Assembly (NCBI GenBank): GCA_950097015.1
Contig: CATNEN010000001.1
Coordinates: forward strand, 21,266,001-21,330,000
Source of the DNA: Macrostomum hystrix
Lineage: Eukaryota; Animalia; Platyhelminthes
Direction: 5' to 3'
DNA: 64,000 nucleotides
The notes beneath the pieces were generated by a model. The model saw only the letters and a program-made list of their open reading frames with translations, searched no databases and was not told the DNA's origin. Shown piece by piece: positions 11,056 to 23,623 of the stretch. Made by a program: the position numbers and the translations under genes. Numbering within the stretch: the first letter of the stretch is position 1; each line of letters starts with the position of its first letter.

Positions 11056-11914
11056 GTGCCAACGAGACACTGCTCTAGAGTTCTGGTGAGCTTTAAAACT
11101 GTGTGACTGTACGTCACTTTTCGCTGCTTTCTAAATAGCTTTATTGCCAACATGTACATGCGTGAACGCATGTCTTTCCTTTACATTTTCGGTGCTAGAA
11201 AACGTCTCTATCTCCGCTCCGCTGATTTCCGTTCTAGAAACTTCTTATCAGTCCTAGCTGTCATGCTCAGCTCGAACGGCAATTCCCAGCTCTGTTTGTT
11301 CATGTGCTGCTCTAAAAATAGCACTGGCAAAGTCGCATGCATGCAATATCCCATTGCTCATAGAGCCCGGGATTTTCTAGGTGACTTTCCAGGTTAATAA
11401 GTTCGAGTGGAAATCATTTGAAATCATGAAACCAACTCAGTCGTGTAGGAAATCATTTCTAGATTGATTTTCAATTGAATCCGACTCGATAAACTGTGCT
11501 CAAATCTATTGGGACACCGACGACAGCCATATAGTACTGACATAGTCAGAGTAAAGATAAAATTTTCTAGGTGACTTTCAAGGTTAATACGTAAGTCATA
11601 ATACGTAATACGTAATACAGGTAAGTCAGTTCTTTAAAATGGCATGAGCAAGTCAGAAAGAGATCAAAGAAAAGAATTGATCGACAGTGAAAGCATTTAA
11701 ATTTTTTGCTTCGCATTAGTTGATTTCTAATGCGGCGACATCGGAACTGACTCTCGTAGGCACCAGTTAAGTTTGGCATGCTTATAGTCACTCTTTAACT
11801 GAGCATATATTGATTTTTTTATTTAATGATTTGTATACAACACAACAACAATGATAAAACATTGATACGATACAACGATACAATGATACAACAATATATA
11901 AAAATTTAAAGCTC

Positions 11915-12270
11915 AGTTTAATGACAATTATCCCAGATCCTCAGTTTGGTGACAATCCCAGATCCTCTGTTTGGTGACAATCCCAGATCCTCTGTTTGGG
12001 ACAATCCCAGATCCTCAGTTTGGTGACAATCCCAGATCCTCAGTTTGGGACAATCCCAGATTGGTGATAATCCCCCAGATAAAAAGTTTTAAACAATGAA
12101 ATGAACTAAGCCTTGATACAACACTGATACAACACAACAACAATGATACAACATTGATACGACACAACGATACAATGATACAACAATATATAAAAATTTA
12201 AAGCTCAGTTTAATGACAATTATCTCAGATCCTCAGTTTGGTGACAATCCCAGATCCTCTGTTTGGGGAC
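11915..12270. repeat. About 25-bp tandem repeat (TTTGGTGACAATCCCAGATCCTCAG) plus a ~150-bp duplicated block
   Basis: Seen directly. Confidence 0.85.
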
Positions 12271-12362
12271 AATCAGTCCATGACAACTAAATAACAAAAC
12301 AACGAAACTAATTCACTAAGTTGACTTATGCTGGAATGCCGGATGCTGTTGCCAGGGGCCGG

Positions 12363-12731
12363 TTACCAAGGACGCCACACAGGCTGGGCTCCCTCCTGGT
12401 CCATCGACTGGCTAGATTCTTCGTCAGTAGACATAGCCGAAACCGTTGATGAGGCCGAAGACTTGCAGCAGAAGCTCATGGCCGTAGATTGAGCCTTGGC
12501 TGAGTCATACAGCAGCAGCTCCACAGTCAGCTCCAGGATGTCGGCCTTCTCTAGGCGCTTAATCCGGTACGGTTTTATCACCTTGTTGGCCTGCAGCAGC
12601 TCTTTGAGTCTGTCCAAGCTGGCATTAATTCTGGCTCTGCGCTGCTGCTCCATCACCTGCTTGCTGATTCTCCTATGCTCCATCAACTCTACTGGGCGCG
12701 TGGTTTGTGTTTTTTTAATTCGGAGCTCCAT
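12363..12731 (-). CDS. hes: Hairy/E(spl) (Hes)-family bHLH repressor, short and intronless
   Basis: bHLH RRARINASLDRLKELL...LEKADILELTV and C-terminal WRPW. No Orange domain visible. Confidence 0.93.
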   Translation of the reverse strand: MELRIKKTQTTRPVELMEHRRISKQVMEQQRRARINASLDRLKELLQANKVIKPYRIKRLEKADILELTVELLLYDSAKAQSTAMSFCCKSSASSTVSAMSTDEESSQSMDQEGAQPVWRPW

Positions 12732-12764
12732 CGAAATTTCGAAATCGACCGGCCGAGTTCATAA

Positions 12765-12771
12765 TTTTATA
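12765..12771 (-). promoter_or_regulatory. TATA box of the Hes-like gene
   Basis: TATAAAA on the minus strand 34-40 bp upstream of the first ATG. Confidence 0.55.
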
Positions 12772-12841
12772 AGTACCCCCTGCACCGCCAACCCCCTGTT
12801 TCCTTTCCTCTATCCCCGCTTCACTCGTGAAATGAATTCTG

Positions 12842-12864
12842 TTCCAGAATGTTCTAGAATGTTC
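12842..12864. promoter_or_regulatory. Heat-shock element (five alternating nGAAn units)
   Basis: TTCcaGAAtgTTCtaGAAtgTTC is a perfect HSF consensus, 70-90 bp upstream of the TATA box. Confidence 0.75.
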
Positions 12865-14440
12865 TGCAGTTTTAGCTGTCATGTTCAGCCTAGATTCTCC
12901 CAAATGTGCCTTATCTAAAAACAAACCTCATAAGCAAACAAGATAAATCATCTTCGTTGCAACGAGCGTGTGAATTAAAAAATGACTGTTAACACAGGTG
13001 GACAGGCGGCTTATTCTGAAGTTCTGACGGGCTTTAAGTTCTCTGAGTCGTTGTTCCCTTTGAGAAAACAAACTTCAGAATTTTTAGATAAGGGTCAGCA
13101 TGGCGTAACCCAGTCCATGGACTGAACACTTCTGCAGCCAGCAGCTTGATCTTCGTAAAAATATTTTGTTTTATAAAATTAAAAAGCGAGAAAACCAAAA
13201 CCGAATTGATATTTAGAACTGCAGCAGCATTACACAGTTGTAGTTAGAATTTTCATAATGTACAGCGCTAATTTCCTACGGCATTGTCAGTCTTGACGCC
13301 ACTTTGGCTTAACAACAGCCAGTGAAAAAGTGTTTTTGTCCTTCAAAAAGCCAGTCACACAGGAATAGTTAGAAAATCATAAACATATTTCATATATCAC
13401 ATATTTCTCAAACGTAGAATTTGAGAATTCACATTTATTTTGGCTTGAGCAAATCACTTTTTAAGCTGCAATGCACTGCAAACCTTTGTTTTCACTTTCA
13501 CTTTCACTTCTCCGTTAATCTAATGCACGTGTGAAATTTCAAACCGATAAACATAAGTTGACACTGAAATTAATTAGACAAGACGAAATAAATACAAAGA
13601 CTCATGAGATTTTTTCCTGCCATTTCTTCACGAAACATAGGGAAAGTTTATTTTGCAAAGCTAATTATTATTTCAAGCATTTAATTGCTAGGAATTTCAG
13701 CCATGTCATAATTATTTGAGTTGGCATTTGTATTTAGAGTATGTTATATGAATACAGCAGCAAAGTGTGTTCTTATGAAGTTTGTGTATAGGTTCTGAAA
13801 TATTTATGCACTGTAGCTACAGTTTTTACAGAAGGCACAATTTTACCATTTTACCTTTAAGTCTCTTATAGCAGCTCAAGTTCTGTGTTTATCTATATTA
13901 GCAAATTTTGAAATGTCAACTAGGGATAAAAAGAGGGCCTCAGTTTAATCAATATTCATAAAGGCATTCAGAACAAGATTAGATTATTCACAGTTAGTCA
14001 ATCATGTCTTTTTGGTTGGCACTCAACAGGCTGTTGTTGATTGTTGGCCATTCAGCTTCAACACCAGACTAGGATTCTTGGGACTCCTTGTCCTGTTAGA
14101 TAGGCTCTCCTTGTCCTGTTAGGTGTGAGAGGTGAGACAGTTGGTTTGCTGTTTGTATTTAGATCTATAGCTAGGGAAGAAGGGGCAGAAGGCTGATAAG
14201 AGCTTATAAAGGATTGTTAGCTATATTAGGTTAAATAGGACCACAATTGAGGTAATTATACAGGGCTGGTATGAACTGTGTATGGGGCTTGAGCATAAAT
14301 GTACAAGATCTGATAGCTCAAGTGTACACTCTAGTACATCAGATAACTCAGTAAAGATAGCTAGCAATGCCACAATTCTAGCTAGTGTTATAAAGACCTG
14401 GGGAAAATAGTGTTAATAAATTAATAGTCATTAGCTAGAG

Positions 14441-16000
14441 GAATTTCATAAACAGCAGTTTCAAGACAAAAACTGCTCATGCAGTATCAAAACCAATAGC
14501 TCAAGGCAAACTGCTGTGCGTGCATTATCAAAACTGAGAGCTCAAGCAACCAGCAAAAAATTTGTGTGTTGGGTATCTTGGGCAGGGTTGTGCTAACACT
14601 GAGAAATGATTATGTACTCAAGCACTTAACATAGCCTTTAATCATATGTGATTAGTTCTCATATGCCCTTAGGTATACCATGAGAGTGGAGACAACCAGA
14701 TGCCACAATTCCAGCTAGTGAGCCAGTGTGATAAAGACCTGGTAAAATAAAGTTGATAAATAAATAGTAATTATAAGGAAATTTCAGAGCAAAGTTATAT
14801 ACCTGTACCAGACCAAATAACTCTAGTGTACACTAGGATCACTTATATTGCTTGTAGAAACAAGAAGAGGAGAAAAAAGGGCAGGAGAGAAGAGGAGAGG
14901 AAAGAAGAGAGGAAAGAAGAGTAGAGGAAAGGAGGGGAGAGAGGGAGAGGAGGGGGGAGAGGAGAGGAAAGAAGAGAGGAAAGAAGAGCAGAGGAAAGGA
15001 GGGGAGAGGAGGGGGGAGAGGAGAGGTGAAGAGGAGGGGGGAGAGGAGAAGAGGAGAGAATTTCATAAACAGCAGCTTTAAGGCAAACTACTGCTCATGC
15101 AGTATCAAAACCAATAGCTCAAGGCAAACTACTGTGCATGCATTATCAAAACTAAGAGCTCAAGCAACCAGTAATTGTGTGTTGGGTATCTTGGGCTGGG
15201 TTGGGCTAACACTAAAAATGATTATGTACTCAAGCACTTACCATAGCCTTTAATCATGTGATTAGTTCTCATATGCCCTTAGCTATGCCATGAGAGTGGA
15301 GACAGCCAGATGCCACAATTCCAGCTAGTGAGCCAGTGTGATAAAGACCTGGTAAAATAAAGTTGATAAATAAATAGTCATTATAAGGAAATTTCATAGC
15401 AAAGTTATATAACTGTACTAGACCAAATAACTCTAGTGTACACTAGGATCACTTATATTGCTTATAGAAACAAGAAAAGAAGAGGAGAATAAAGGCAGGA
15501 GAGAAGAGGAGAGGAAAGAAGAGCAGATGAAAGGAAGGGAGAGGGGGAGAGGAGAGGAGAAGAGGAGGGGGAGAGGAGGGGGAGAGAAGAGAAGAGGAGA
15601 GGAGAGAATTTGATAAACAGCAGTTTTAAGGCAAACTACTGCTCATGCAGTCTCAAAACCAATAGCTCAAGGCAAACTACTGTGCATGCATTATCAAAAC
15701 TAAGAGCTCAAGCAACCAGCAATTGTGTGTTGGTATCTTGGGCTGGGTTGGGCTAACACTAAAAATGATTATGTACTCAAGCACTTACCATAGCCTTTGA
15801 TCCTGTGATTAGTTCTCATATGCCCTTAGCTATACCATGAGAGTGAAGACAACCAGATGCCACAATTCCAGCTAGTGAGCCAGTGTGATAAAGACCTGGT
15901 AAAATAAAGTTGATAAATAAATAGTAATTATAAGGAAATTTCAGAGCAAAATTATATACCTGTACCAGACCAAATAACTCTAGTGTGCACTAGGATCAAT
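14441..16000. repeat. Tandem array of ~550-620 bp units (about 2.7 copies) with internal GA-rich tracts
   Basis: GAATTT(C/G)ATAAACAGCAG recurs at ~14441, ~15058 and ~15606 with near-identical downstream sequence. Confidence 0.9.
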
Positions 16001-17240
16001 TGTTATTGCTTTGCAGGAGCTAACCAACAATTTTGGGTTGGGTAACTAGGAAACACTTTACAACAAACGATTAGCCAAGCCTTACCAGTTCTCAGATGCC
16101 AGCCTGAAGATAGCAAGCAAAGCCACCATTCCAGCTTGTGTTATAAGGACCAGTTAAGATGTACTAAGCCTCACTGCAGTTTGCTAAGTTTTTACCATCC
16201 TTTTAACTGCTTTCACTTTCTTAAATCCTTAATTCCTTTCAGGCTCTCTAATTATTTGTAGCCACATTGTAGCCACTGAATGTGAAGCTTTCATCTGAAT
16301 TGCCTGAATCTAGATCTGAATCTGAATCTGAATTTTCATGGATAGTCAGCAGCAGCAGCAGCAGCAGCCACGGCAGCAGCAACAGCAGCAGCCGCAGCCC
16401 AGCAGCCCCTGGGCGCTGCTGCCCACCACGGTGGACAACAACAAGGTCCAGTGGTGGAAGGAGAAGGGAGGGGCCGGGGCGGCCACCAATTTCACGCCGC
16501 CGAGGCCCCGGTGCCCTCCCCGGCCACCGGCGAAGAAATAAAGGTTTGTCTAAGCTACCTATATGTGATACCTTTATTCCTTAATTCTTAATCCTTAATC
16601 GTTAATTCCTTAAATAAGAGCCAAGCGTGCAATTATACCCGTTTGCAGGTGTAAGTTTTCATTGAGTCTGGTAAAACAATATTTAGTTTTAGCCATTATA
16701 GCACCATTTATCAAAATGCGATTGTCACACTACAATGCTAATGCAATATTACAACGTTAGCAAATGTACTCACATTCAATATGATTGTAGCCATAATGTC
16801 ATATGTCGTGTCTTGTCGTGTTCATGTTTAACCAGAAAATTGCATGAGCCATCCTCCAAGCCCTATAGCAAGTTTATCTGCAAATTTAAAGAAGCAGATA
16901 ACAACTGCGTACGAAGATAACCCCTCACTCCACCTTCATGCTGTCCAATAACGAGCTGCTAACACACCTCGAAACCTCCCGCTTCGTCATTTCAGATGCA
17001 TTTCAAATGAAAGGAATATGGCTTCGGTGATCCTATAATCCTAAGGATTATATTAGGAATATTTTGGAATACATCTTTGCTTGTTGTCTTCCTTTATTTC
17101 ACTCATATTTATTTATTAGCTTGATGCACAGCCTAAATGTTTAGCTTCTTATAGCATTAGCTTAGCATGATAACCAACATATTTATCGAGCACTCCTTGC
17201 TTCGTGTTCCTGCACTTGCTCACTTGCTTTGCTTGCCTGC

Positions 17241-17522
17241 TTTGCTACAATTCGTAGCAAAAGTACATTTTTTTTTCATTTCTACTAACATTTATACTAA
17301 GCTGCTACTAACATTTACACTCCGACCCTTAAGCTGGCTAACACTTAAAAGATTCGCATGCTTCCCATCTGACCTCTGTGTCCCTGTAGCTAAGAGTTTG
17401 CTACAATTCGTAGCAAAAGTTCATTTTTCATTTCTACTAACATTTATACTAAGCTGCTACTAACATTTACACTCCGACCCTTAAGCTAGCTCACTTAAAA
17501 GATTCGCATGCTTCCCATCTGA
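17241..17522. repeat. Two direct copies of a ~130-bp unit, each starting with the hairpin TTTGCTAC-AATTC-GTAGCAAA
   Basis: Seen directly. Confidence 0.85.
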
Positions 17523-18994
17523 TTACAGGCAATCGTTATAGACAAATGATAAATATGTAAATTGGGTCTGAAACATTCCATATTTTTTCCAGACGTTCTC
17601 CATGAACACCTGACGCCTGGTACACGGTCAGGCGTGTCAAGAAACGGAAGCTGCGGATGACATTGATATTAGTGTCTATTCTAATTCAGTCAGCTACTCA
17701 GCGTCGAGTAGCAGTTGGCCCAGCATCCCGGCGAGCTGTATCTGGCCGAGTTTAGCAGGTTAGATAACGACAGCGACCTTCACGTACTCCATGTCATGTC
17801 AATGGAGTTCCACGGCTGCGCTCGCAACAAGGTTGAATAATCTTTTTGTTTTGTTTGTTGTAGTTTATGAAATAATGTGCAGCAACAATTAGTTTATTTA
17901 TGGTATTTAAAAGTAGCATTTATATAACATTTATAAGTACTTGTAGTTATCTCATACTTTTATAGGAAACAGTCTGTCTTAATTACATGTCTTCAAAATC
18001 AAGGTTTAATTACAGATGATAAGTCATGCATGGGCAATATGAGAAAACACGAGAAAACAGAACAAAACATATCCGTAAGAAAAAATAGTTTTCGTGAGTG
18101 ACGTAACGCAACTGAGAATCGGACAATCCGATTTATGACATGACAACTGAGTCATGTGTCATGTTTCATGTCATTTCATGTCATGTCATGTCATGTCATG
18201 TCATGTTTCATGTGTCATTGTACTGTAATTCTGAGTTGAAGTTTTACAATTTAGTCTAGGCGATTTTTACATCTGCGCGCGCTTACAAAGACTAGAGAAT
18301 ATATAGCTTTTCCTGCTGCGCCAGGATGCGTTTGTGGGAGCTCTAGGATTCGCCTAGAGACTCCTGTCGTATGGCAGCCTTAATTAGTCAGACTAGTATA
18401 AAAGCTCTTACACTGAGAGAGGGTGTCCCGTCCGCCCCGTTCCTTATTCTCTTGCACTGCTACTCACTCTCTTAACTAGGTTCGATAAACTCTTTGTTGC
18501 TAGCCATTGCTGCCCTTGGCTGGTTCTAACAAAACTCAGATAGTCATTAAGACAAAGAATAAGAACATCATTGGAATTGGAATTGTGATTCCAGAAAACT
18601 CCTCCCAGATCTTGATTGATACCTCTCTCTTTACCTTGGTTACCGACAAAGGATCCGTGAGTAACTAATTAAACATTTGAGTTTGGGAACACTCTCTCAG
18701 TGACTTTTATAGTTTAAGTAACTTATAGTGAGTTTTCATCTTTGTGATTTGTTTGCTTTAAGACCACCTAAATATAATTCGATTGAGAATATAACATCAA
18801 AGTGAGTGCAATATCAGGAAAAGATAGTCGATTTCCCACGCCTCCTTATTTCTTAGTTAGAAACTACCGCTAGTGACTGGCTTATCTGCAAGAGATAATA
18901 ATTGAAGATAACAAAAACATTCTTTAAGCTAGACATCAATAGAACGGAGGCGAAAATAAAATATTTCAGAGTCATTGTCTGGATCATGTGATTT

Positions 18995-19324
18995 CTAGGG
19001 TATTGTTGGGATTTGTGAGACATTGTAACATTTTAACTTCTCGTGGTTATAGTGAAATTTGTAGAAGTGGTTCTTGGATCTTGGGTGGATCTTGGTAATT
19101 AGCTTTTCCTTGTAGTAATACCTCAGCGCTCGGTGCATCGTGTAGGTCATTTTGTCCAGCCCCTTGTAAGTTGCCCAGGCCTCTGCTGGTCCGGTTGGAT
19201 TTAGAATTTCCCAAGTGCCCCCCTGCTTGTTTTCCCAGCGCAAGCAGGGCAGCGACAGGTCAGACGGCGGAGCTTCCAGTAACTGGTAGATAAACTCCCA
19301 CAGCAGCAACTTCTTGTCTGTCAT
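18995..19324 (-). CDS. ETS-domain transcription factor (ETS exon)
   Basis: LLWEFIYQLL, LRWENK..G.WEI, AEAW..YKG..KMTY.MHRALRYYY and FYKF match the ETS winged helix. One residue is missing relative to the usual MNYETMxR. Confidence 0.88.
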   Translation of the reverse strand: MTDKKLLLWEFIYQLLEAPPSDLSLPCLRWENKQGGTWEILNPTGPAEAWATYKGLDKMTYTMHRALRYYYKEKLITKIHPRSKNHFYKFHYNHEKLKCYNVSQIPTIP

Positions 19325-19549
19325 TGGGCAATGTTTAGTTTTGATAGCCAATTGTTTCAACAATGCAAAAATGTTTAATGAGATAGCTAACACTTTAAAT
19401 CCCAAGCCCCAGAATCACTTGCCATTTCCACAAATCTGTAAACCGCCCCTGAACCTGGGCTAACTTATATCCCGTAATCCCCAATACACTAAAGATTCCC
19501 AAATCCCAAGTTTCTGCAGCTCAAAAACACTAACCGCATCGCTGCTTAC

Positions 19550-19900
19550 TTATTCTTTTTTCTGACGCCTGGCGCCGGCGGCTGCACATGCGTTGGGAGA
19601 TGCGAAGGAACCAAGCAAAGGAAGCTATCAATCAGAGGCAGCTGCTGCTGATGCTGTTGCTGTCCGATGGACCTGATGGTATCGCCAGAGGACCGACTTC
19701 CCTGCTTCTGCTGCTCATTTTTGCCTGCGAAGCACTCCGATGCGCTCATGGCCCCCGTGGCATCTTCGTCGGCAACCGGCTTATAGAGATCGAAGAGGGC
19801 AGCGCTGTCGTAAGATTGGAGGTCAACGAATTCACGGCGCATCACGGTGAAGTCCAAGGCGTCTAAAACGCTCAGGTCATCGACGGGCTGGTAAGAAGAA
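19550..19900 (-). CDS. Probable upstream exon of the ETS gene (acidic/Q-rich)
   Basis: Coding-like ORF ending at a GTAAGC donor-like site ~220 bp from the ETS exon. I could not resolve the splice phase. Confidence 0.45.
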
Positions 19901-20955
19901 ATGGGTTTGCGATTATCTCTATCTCTATCACCAGATCTCCAGGAGCCTACATTGTCTCCCGTGAATAATAAATCTAGACACCATCTACTATAGCTAGACA
20001 ATCTAGCCACTCTCTGCAATAGGCAGTGTTGCTATAGTAACTGTCTTTTCTAGCTATAGTTAACTACCTAGAAAATCTACAAGATTTTGATTTTCTCGTA
20101 GTAGCTACCCTCTGTCTCCAATAGAACAACCAGCCACTTTCTCGATTTATAGTTTCACCTCTCCGGATTCAGTTGCATTTCCGTTTCCGCGATCAAAGTT
20201 CATGGCCCGATTATTTGGCACGGCTTCTAAGAGGAGAATGAGGAAAGAGGAAACAGAGAAAAACTTACAGAGAAACAATTATGGTGGGTGTCTCAGTTTT
20301 AGACAACTAGCCAAGTTACAATAAGCTAGCTATCTATATGCTACTCTAAGAAACGCTTTGTTTGTCTAGTCTGGACTCTAGTTTTTCTTATCACTGCTGT
20401 GTTTATTTAGTCTGGACACCTATCGCTTTACAGATTTGGAAGCTGCGGAAATGTACTTTTACAAACGGAAGCTGCGGATGACATTGATATTAGTGTCTAT
20501 TCTAAGACTGCTTCCCAGAAGTTCGAGCATCATGAAACTCTTGCCGTACAGTTCAGCGGCATAATAACTGTAAAATAACTGGTCGTCGAGAGAAATATAT
20601 TGGATGATAAGTTTTTGTTACTTAATAGACACAACAGGCATTTTGTACGAGAGAAAAGCTTAAAGTGCCTTTATCAGGAAACTTGTGTGCTCTTTTATAA
20701 TTGGCTCCTTGAGCTTTCCCATTTTTAGTTGTAATTTACTGTTGGTCTGCTCATTCGCACTCTTCTTCAGCTGCTTTGCATTTAGTACCCTGCAACTATT
20801 CAGTTCGACAAAAAAATTTCCGTTTTGGATGCAATCTGCCTATACTATGGCATATTGTATAAATATACATATCCGACATGTATACACATTCTTAGTGTTC
20901 ATTATTTTCTCCCGCTATGCATCCTTAGGTGAATTAGGTAAATAATGTGCATCCA

Positions 20956-21174
20956 CGCTTCACTCGTGAAATGAATTCTGTTATAGAATTCCTATCTGTG
21001 GTTTTAGATGTCATGTTCAGCCTAGATTCCCCCCAAATGTGCCTTATCTAAAAACAAACCTCATAAGCAAACAAGGTAGATTATTTTCTTCGAGGACCTC
21101 TCAACAATTAGCTAGTTCTCAAAAAACTCCTCGCAACGAGCGTGTGTATTAAAAAATGACTGTCAACACAGGTG
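20956..21174. repeat. Second copy of the Hes upstream block (12817-13000)
   Basis: Shared CGCTTCACTCGTGAAATGAATTCTG ... CAAATGTGCCTTATCTAAAAACAAACCTCATAAGCAAACAAG ... AACACAGGTG. Confidence 0.9.
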
Positions 21175-21507
21175 TATTTATTCTAGCACAGGTAGTGTTA
21201 CACTTAGAATAAAAAAGCAAGAAAAACATGTGTCAAGCTGTTTTTCATGCTTTTGCGCTTCTAATTAGGTTTTTTATCTTCCGGTAGCTATGTACAGTCG
21301 TGCTATAACTAAAATTATAGGTATCGTGCTTTGTTTTAAATTCTAATTATTTTTTTGTTAAAACAAAATTTCATAGTTTTTTGTTTGATATCAGGTAGTG
21401 GTTTTAATAAAACAAATAAAATGACAGCGTAAAAAACGATTATGTTTTTGTATTGAAATTTTCGAAAAATGTCATTTCTATGAGCAATGCATTTAATTTT
21501 GAATTTT

Positions 21508-21652
21508 ATTGTCAACTGGGGGGATGATTGTCAACTGGGGGATCATTGTTAACTGGGGGATCATTGTCAACTGAGGGATCATTGTCAACTGGGGGGATGA
21601 TTGTCAGCTGGGGGATCATTTTCAACTGGGGGGATGATTGTCAACTGGGGGA
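21508..21652. repeat. About 18-bp G-rich minisatellite (ATTGTCAACTGGGGGATC)
   Basis: Seen directly. Confidence 0.9.
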
Positions 21653-22079
21653 GATGCGACAGGTGAGGGATAAGACGGAAGATGAGACAGGGGAGATAAG
21701 GCACATTATGCCCTCCCTGCTGCTAGGTGCAGTTGAGGGTCAGCTGACCTATTAGCCATGGCCATGCTGAGTCATGTACTTCCTTCAAGGTGCCATGAAA
21801 TGCATTGTTCTCATTGCTAGCAGAATCTAATTGACACACACAACTCATGTCGCGAATTCAGCGGCAAGGCTGGTAGGAGCCAGAAGTGACAAGTCAGTGT
21901 TGATATTATATTACATTATGATTGAGTTTTTAAGTGCTATTATACTAATTGCTCGTTGACAATCTCCACTTCCACTAGGTGAACCTGCATGGGCTTCCAC
22001 TAGCCCATGCAGGTACAAAGACAAAGAGTACTTTAAAATGCCACCGTGAGTACATACATTAAATTGAGTTGAGTGAATA

Positions 22080-22392
22080 GGGATCGAGTTGGGGTAATGG
22101 GGATCGAGTTGAGGGAATTGGGATCGAGTTGAGGGAATTAGGATCGATTTGGGGGAATGGGGATTGATTTAGGGGAATGGGGATTGATTTAGGGGAATGG
22201 GGATCGAGTTAGGGGGAATAGGGATCGAGTTGAGGGAATGGGAATCGAGTTGAGGGAATTGGGATCGATTTGGGGGAAATGGAATCAATTGGGCATATTG
22301 GAGATGGAGTTGAGGGAATAGGGATCGAGTTGAGGGAATTGGGATCTAGTTGAGGGTATTGGGATCGAGTTGGCGGAATGGGGATTAGTTTG
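22080..22392. repeat. About 20-bp G-rich minisatellite (GGGATCGAGTTGAGGGAATT)
   Basis: Seen directly. Confidence 0.9.
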
Positions 22393-23217
22393 GGAAAAAT
22401 TTTTAATGTTTATATAAAAACAAAACTCATCAAGCAGCTCAATCATAAATTATCTTTTACGAGCTATATTTAAAAAATCTAGACAATAACTTGTTTTTCG
22501 TTTAAAATGTACTTTTTCGGAAGCTAGGCCTTTTGACATTGATAGCTTCCAGACTTTTTTCAATTCCTTCTCGTCGTGGCTCGGAGGCATGACTGCAATT
22601 TAGGGAATTAAATATTAGTCAGCTTCCTTTCTTGGTTTGATCGTCAGGGTCTTTTGTTAACCGAGAAGGAGGCCCTTCCCTGCCGCAGCAGCAAGCATAT
22701 AGCCTATGCTCTTGAGAACATTTCGGAATTATGAAGTGGTGTTGATTACCCGAGACTAGTTTTTTATAATTTACTTTGCTTATTATGGCCAAGTGATATC
22801 ACTTGTTTATTTAATTATGCTTGCTGCTGAAGAACCAAGTCGAAGCCACTATCGCATGTAAAATATTGGTTTAAAAAGAATGTCGAAAAGAACAGTGCAG
22901 GTACTTGCTACGGTGCTAGGTGCTAGGTGTGCGGGCATGTGGAAAGTAATTTATTGTTTTTTCTGTCTATTTTTCAGATGTAATGATGCGGGAGTTTATC
23001 ATAACACAATTGTATGAACAGGATAAATTGTATGTCTCATATATACAGCTTAGCCAAGACAAACGATTTGTAAATTTTTTGTGCTTTTTGTACAATTTGA
23101 AGATGCGATGATGCCAAAAGAAATGGAGTATACATACACCCAGTTCTGTGAACGGGATAATTTTGTTATGTCTAGTAAAATGTATGTCTGTAACAAATAG
23201 CAATTAAAGATCCTTGC

Positions 23218-23405
23218 GGTGGGGCAAGGTAGCAACTTAAAATCCACTATTCTATGGACGAAATTCGAAGCAGATAAGATAAGTGTCCTGACTAGCTGAG
23301 TTGGCAACTCAGTTGCCAACTCAGCTAGTCAGGGGATCGAAACTTATCTTATCTGCTTCGAATTTCCATAGAATAGTGGATTTTAAGTTGCTACCTTGCC
23401 CCACC
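23218..23405. repeat. About 190-bp near-perfect foldback (MITE-like)
   Basis: GGTGGGGCAAGGTAGCAACTTAAAATCCACTATTCTATGG pairs with CCATAGAATAGTGGATTTTAAGTTGCTACCTTGCCCCACC. Centre GAGTTGGCAACT-C-AGTTGCCAACTC. Confidence 0.9.
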
Positions 23406-23623
23406 CCAGAGGCAAGTCAAGTCAAAGTTAAGGGTAAACAAAGTAACCTATATTTCTTATTGCACGCCAGACCAAACTCCCTTCAGCTTATCTCCGTCTG
23501 TTGTGGTCCCTGGTCCGCTCGTCTGAGTTGCAAGCGAATTTAGGAAGCAAAAAATCGGCGGCCGTTTTGTCAACATAGTGGGTGGATTCTGCCTAGGGCT
23601 CAAGTTCCGACACTATTTGCTCC

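Noticed and set aside
11915-12080. CRISPR-like appearance of short repeats (also 1477, 21508, 22080, 34675, 44760)
   Set aside because: Head-to-tail tandem units with no unique spacers, no cas genes, and a eukaryotic context.
14839-15253. E/G/R-rich and L/S/P-rich ORFs
   Set aside because: Translations of a GA-rich low-complexity tract.
16338-16541. Q-rich 67 aa ORF
   Set aside because: Could be an exon, but it is low-complexity and has no supporting homology.
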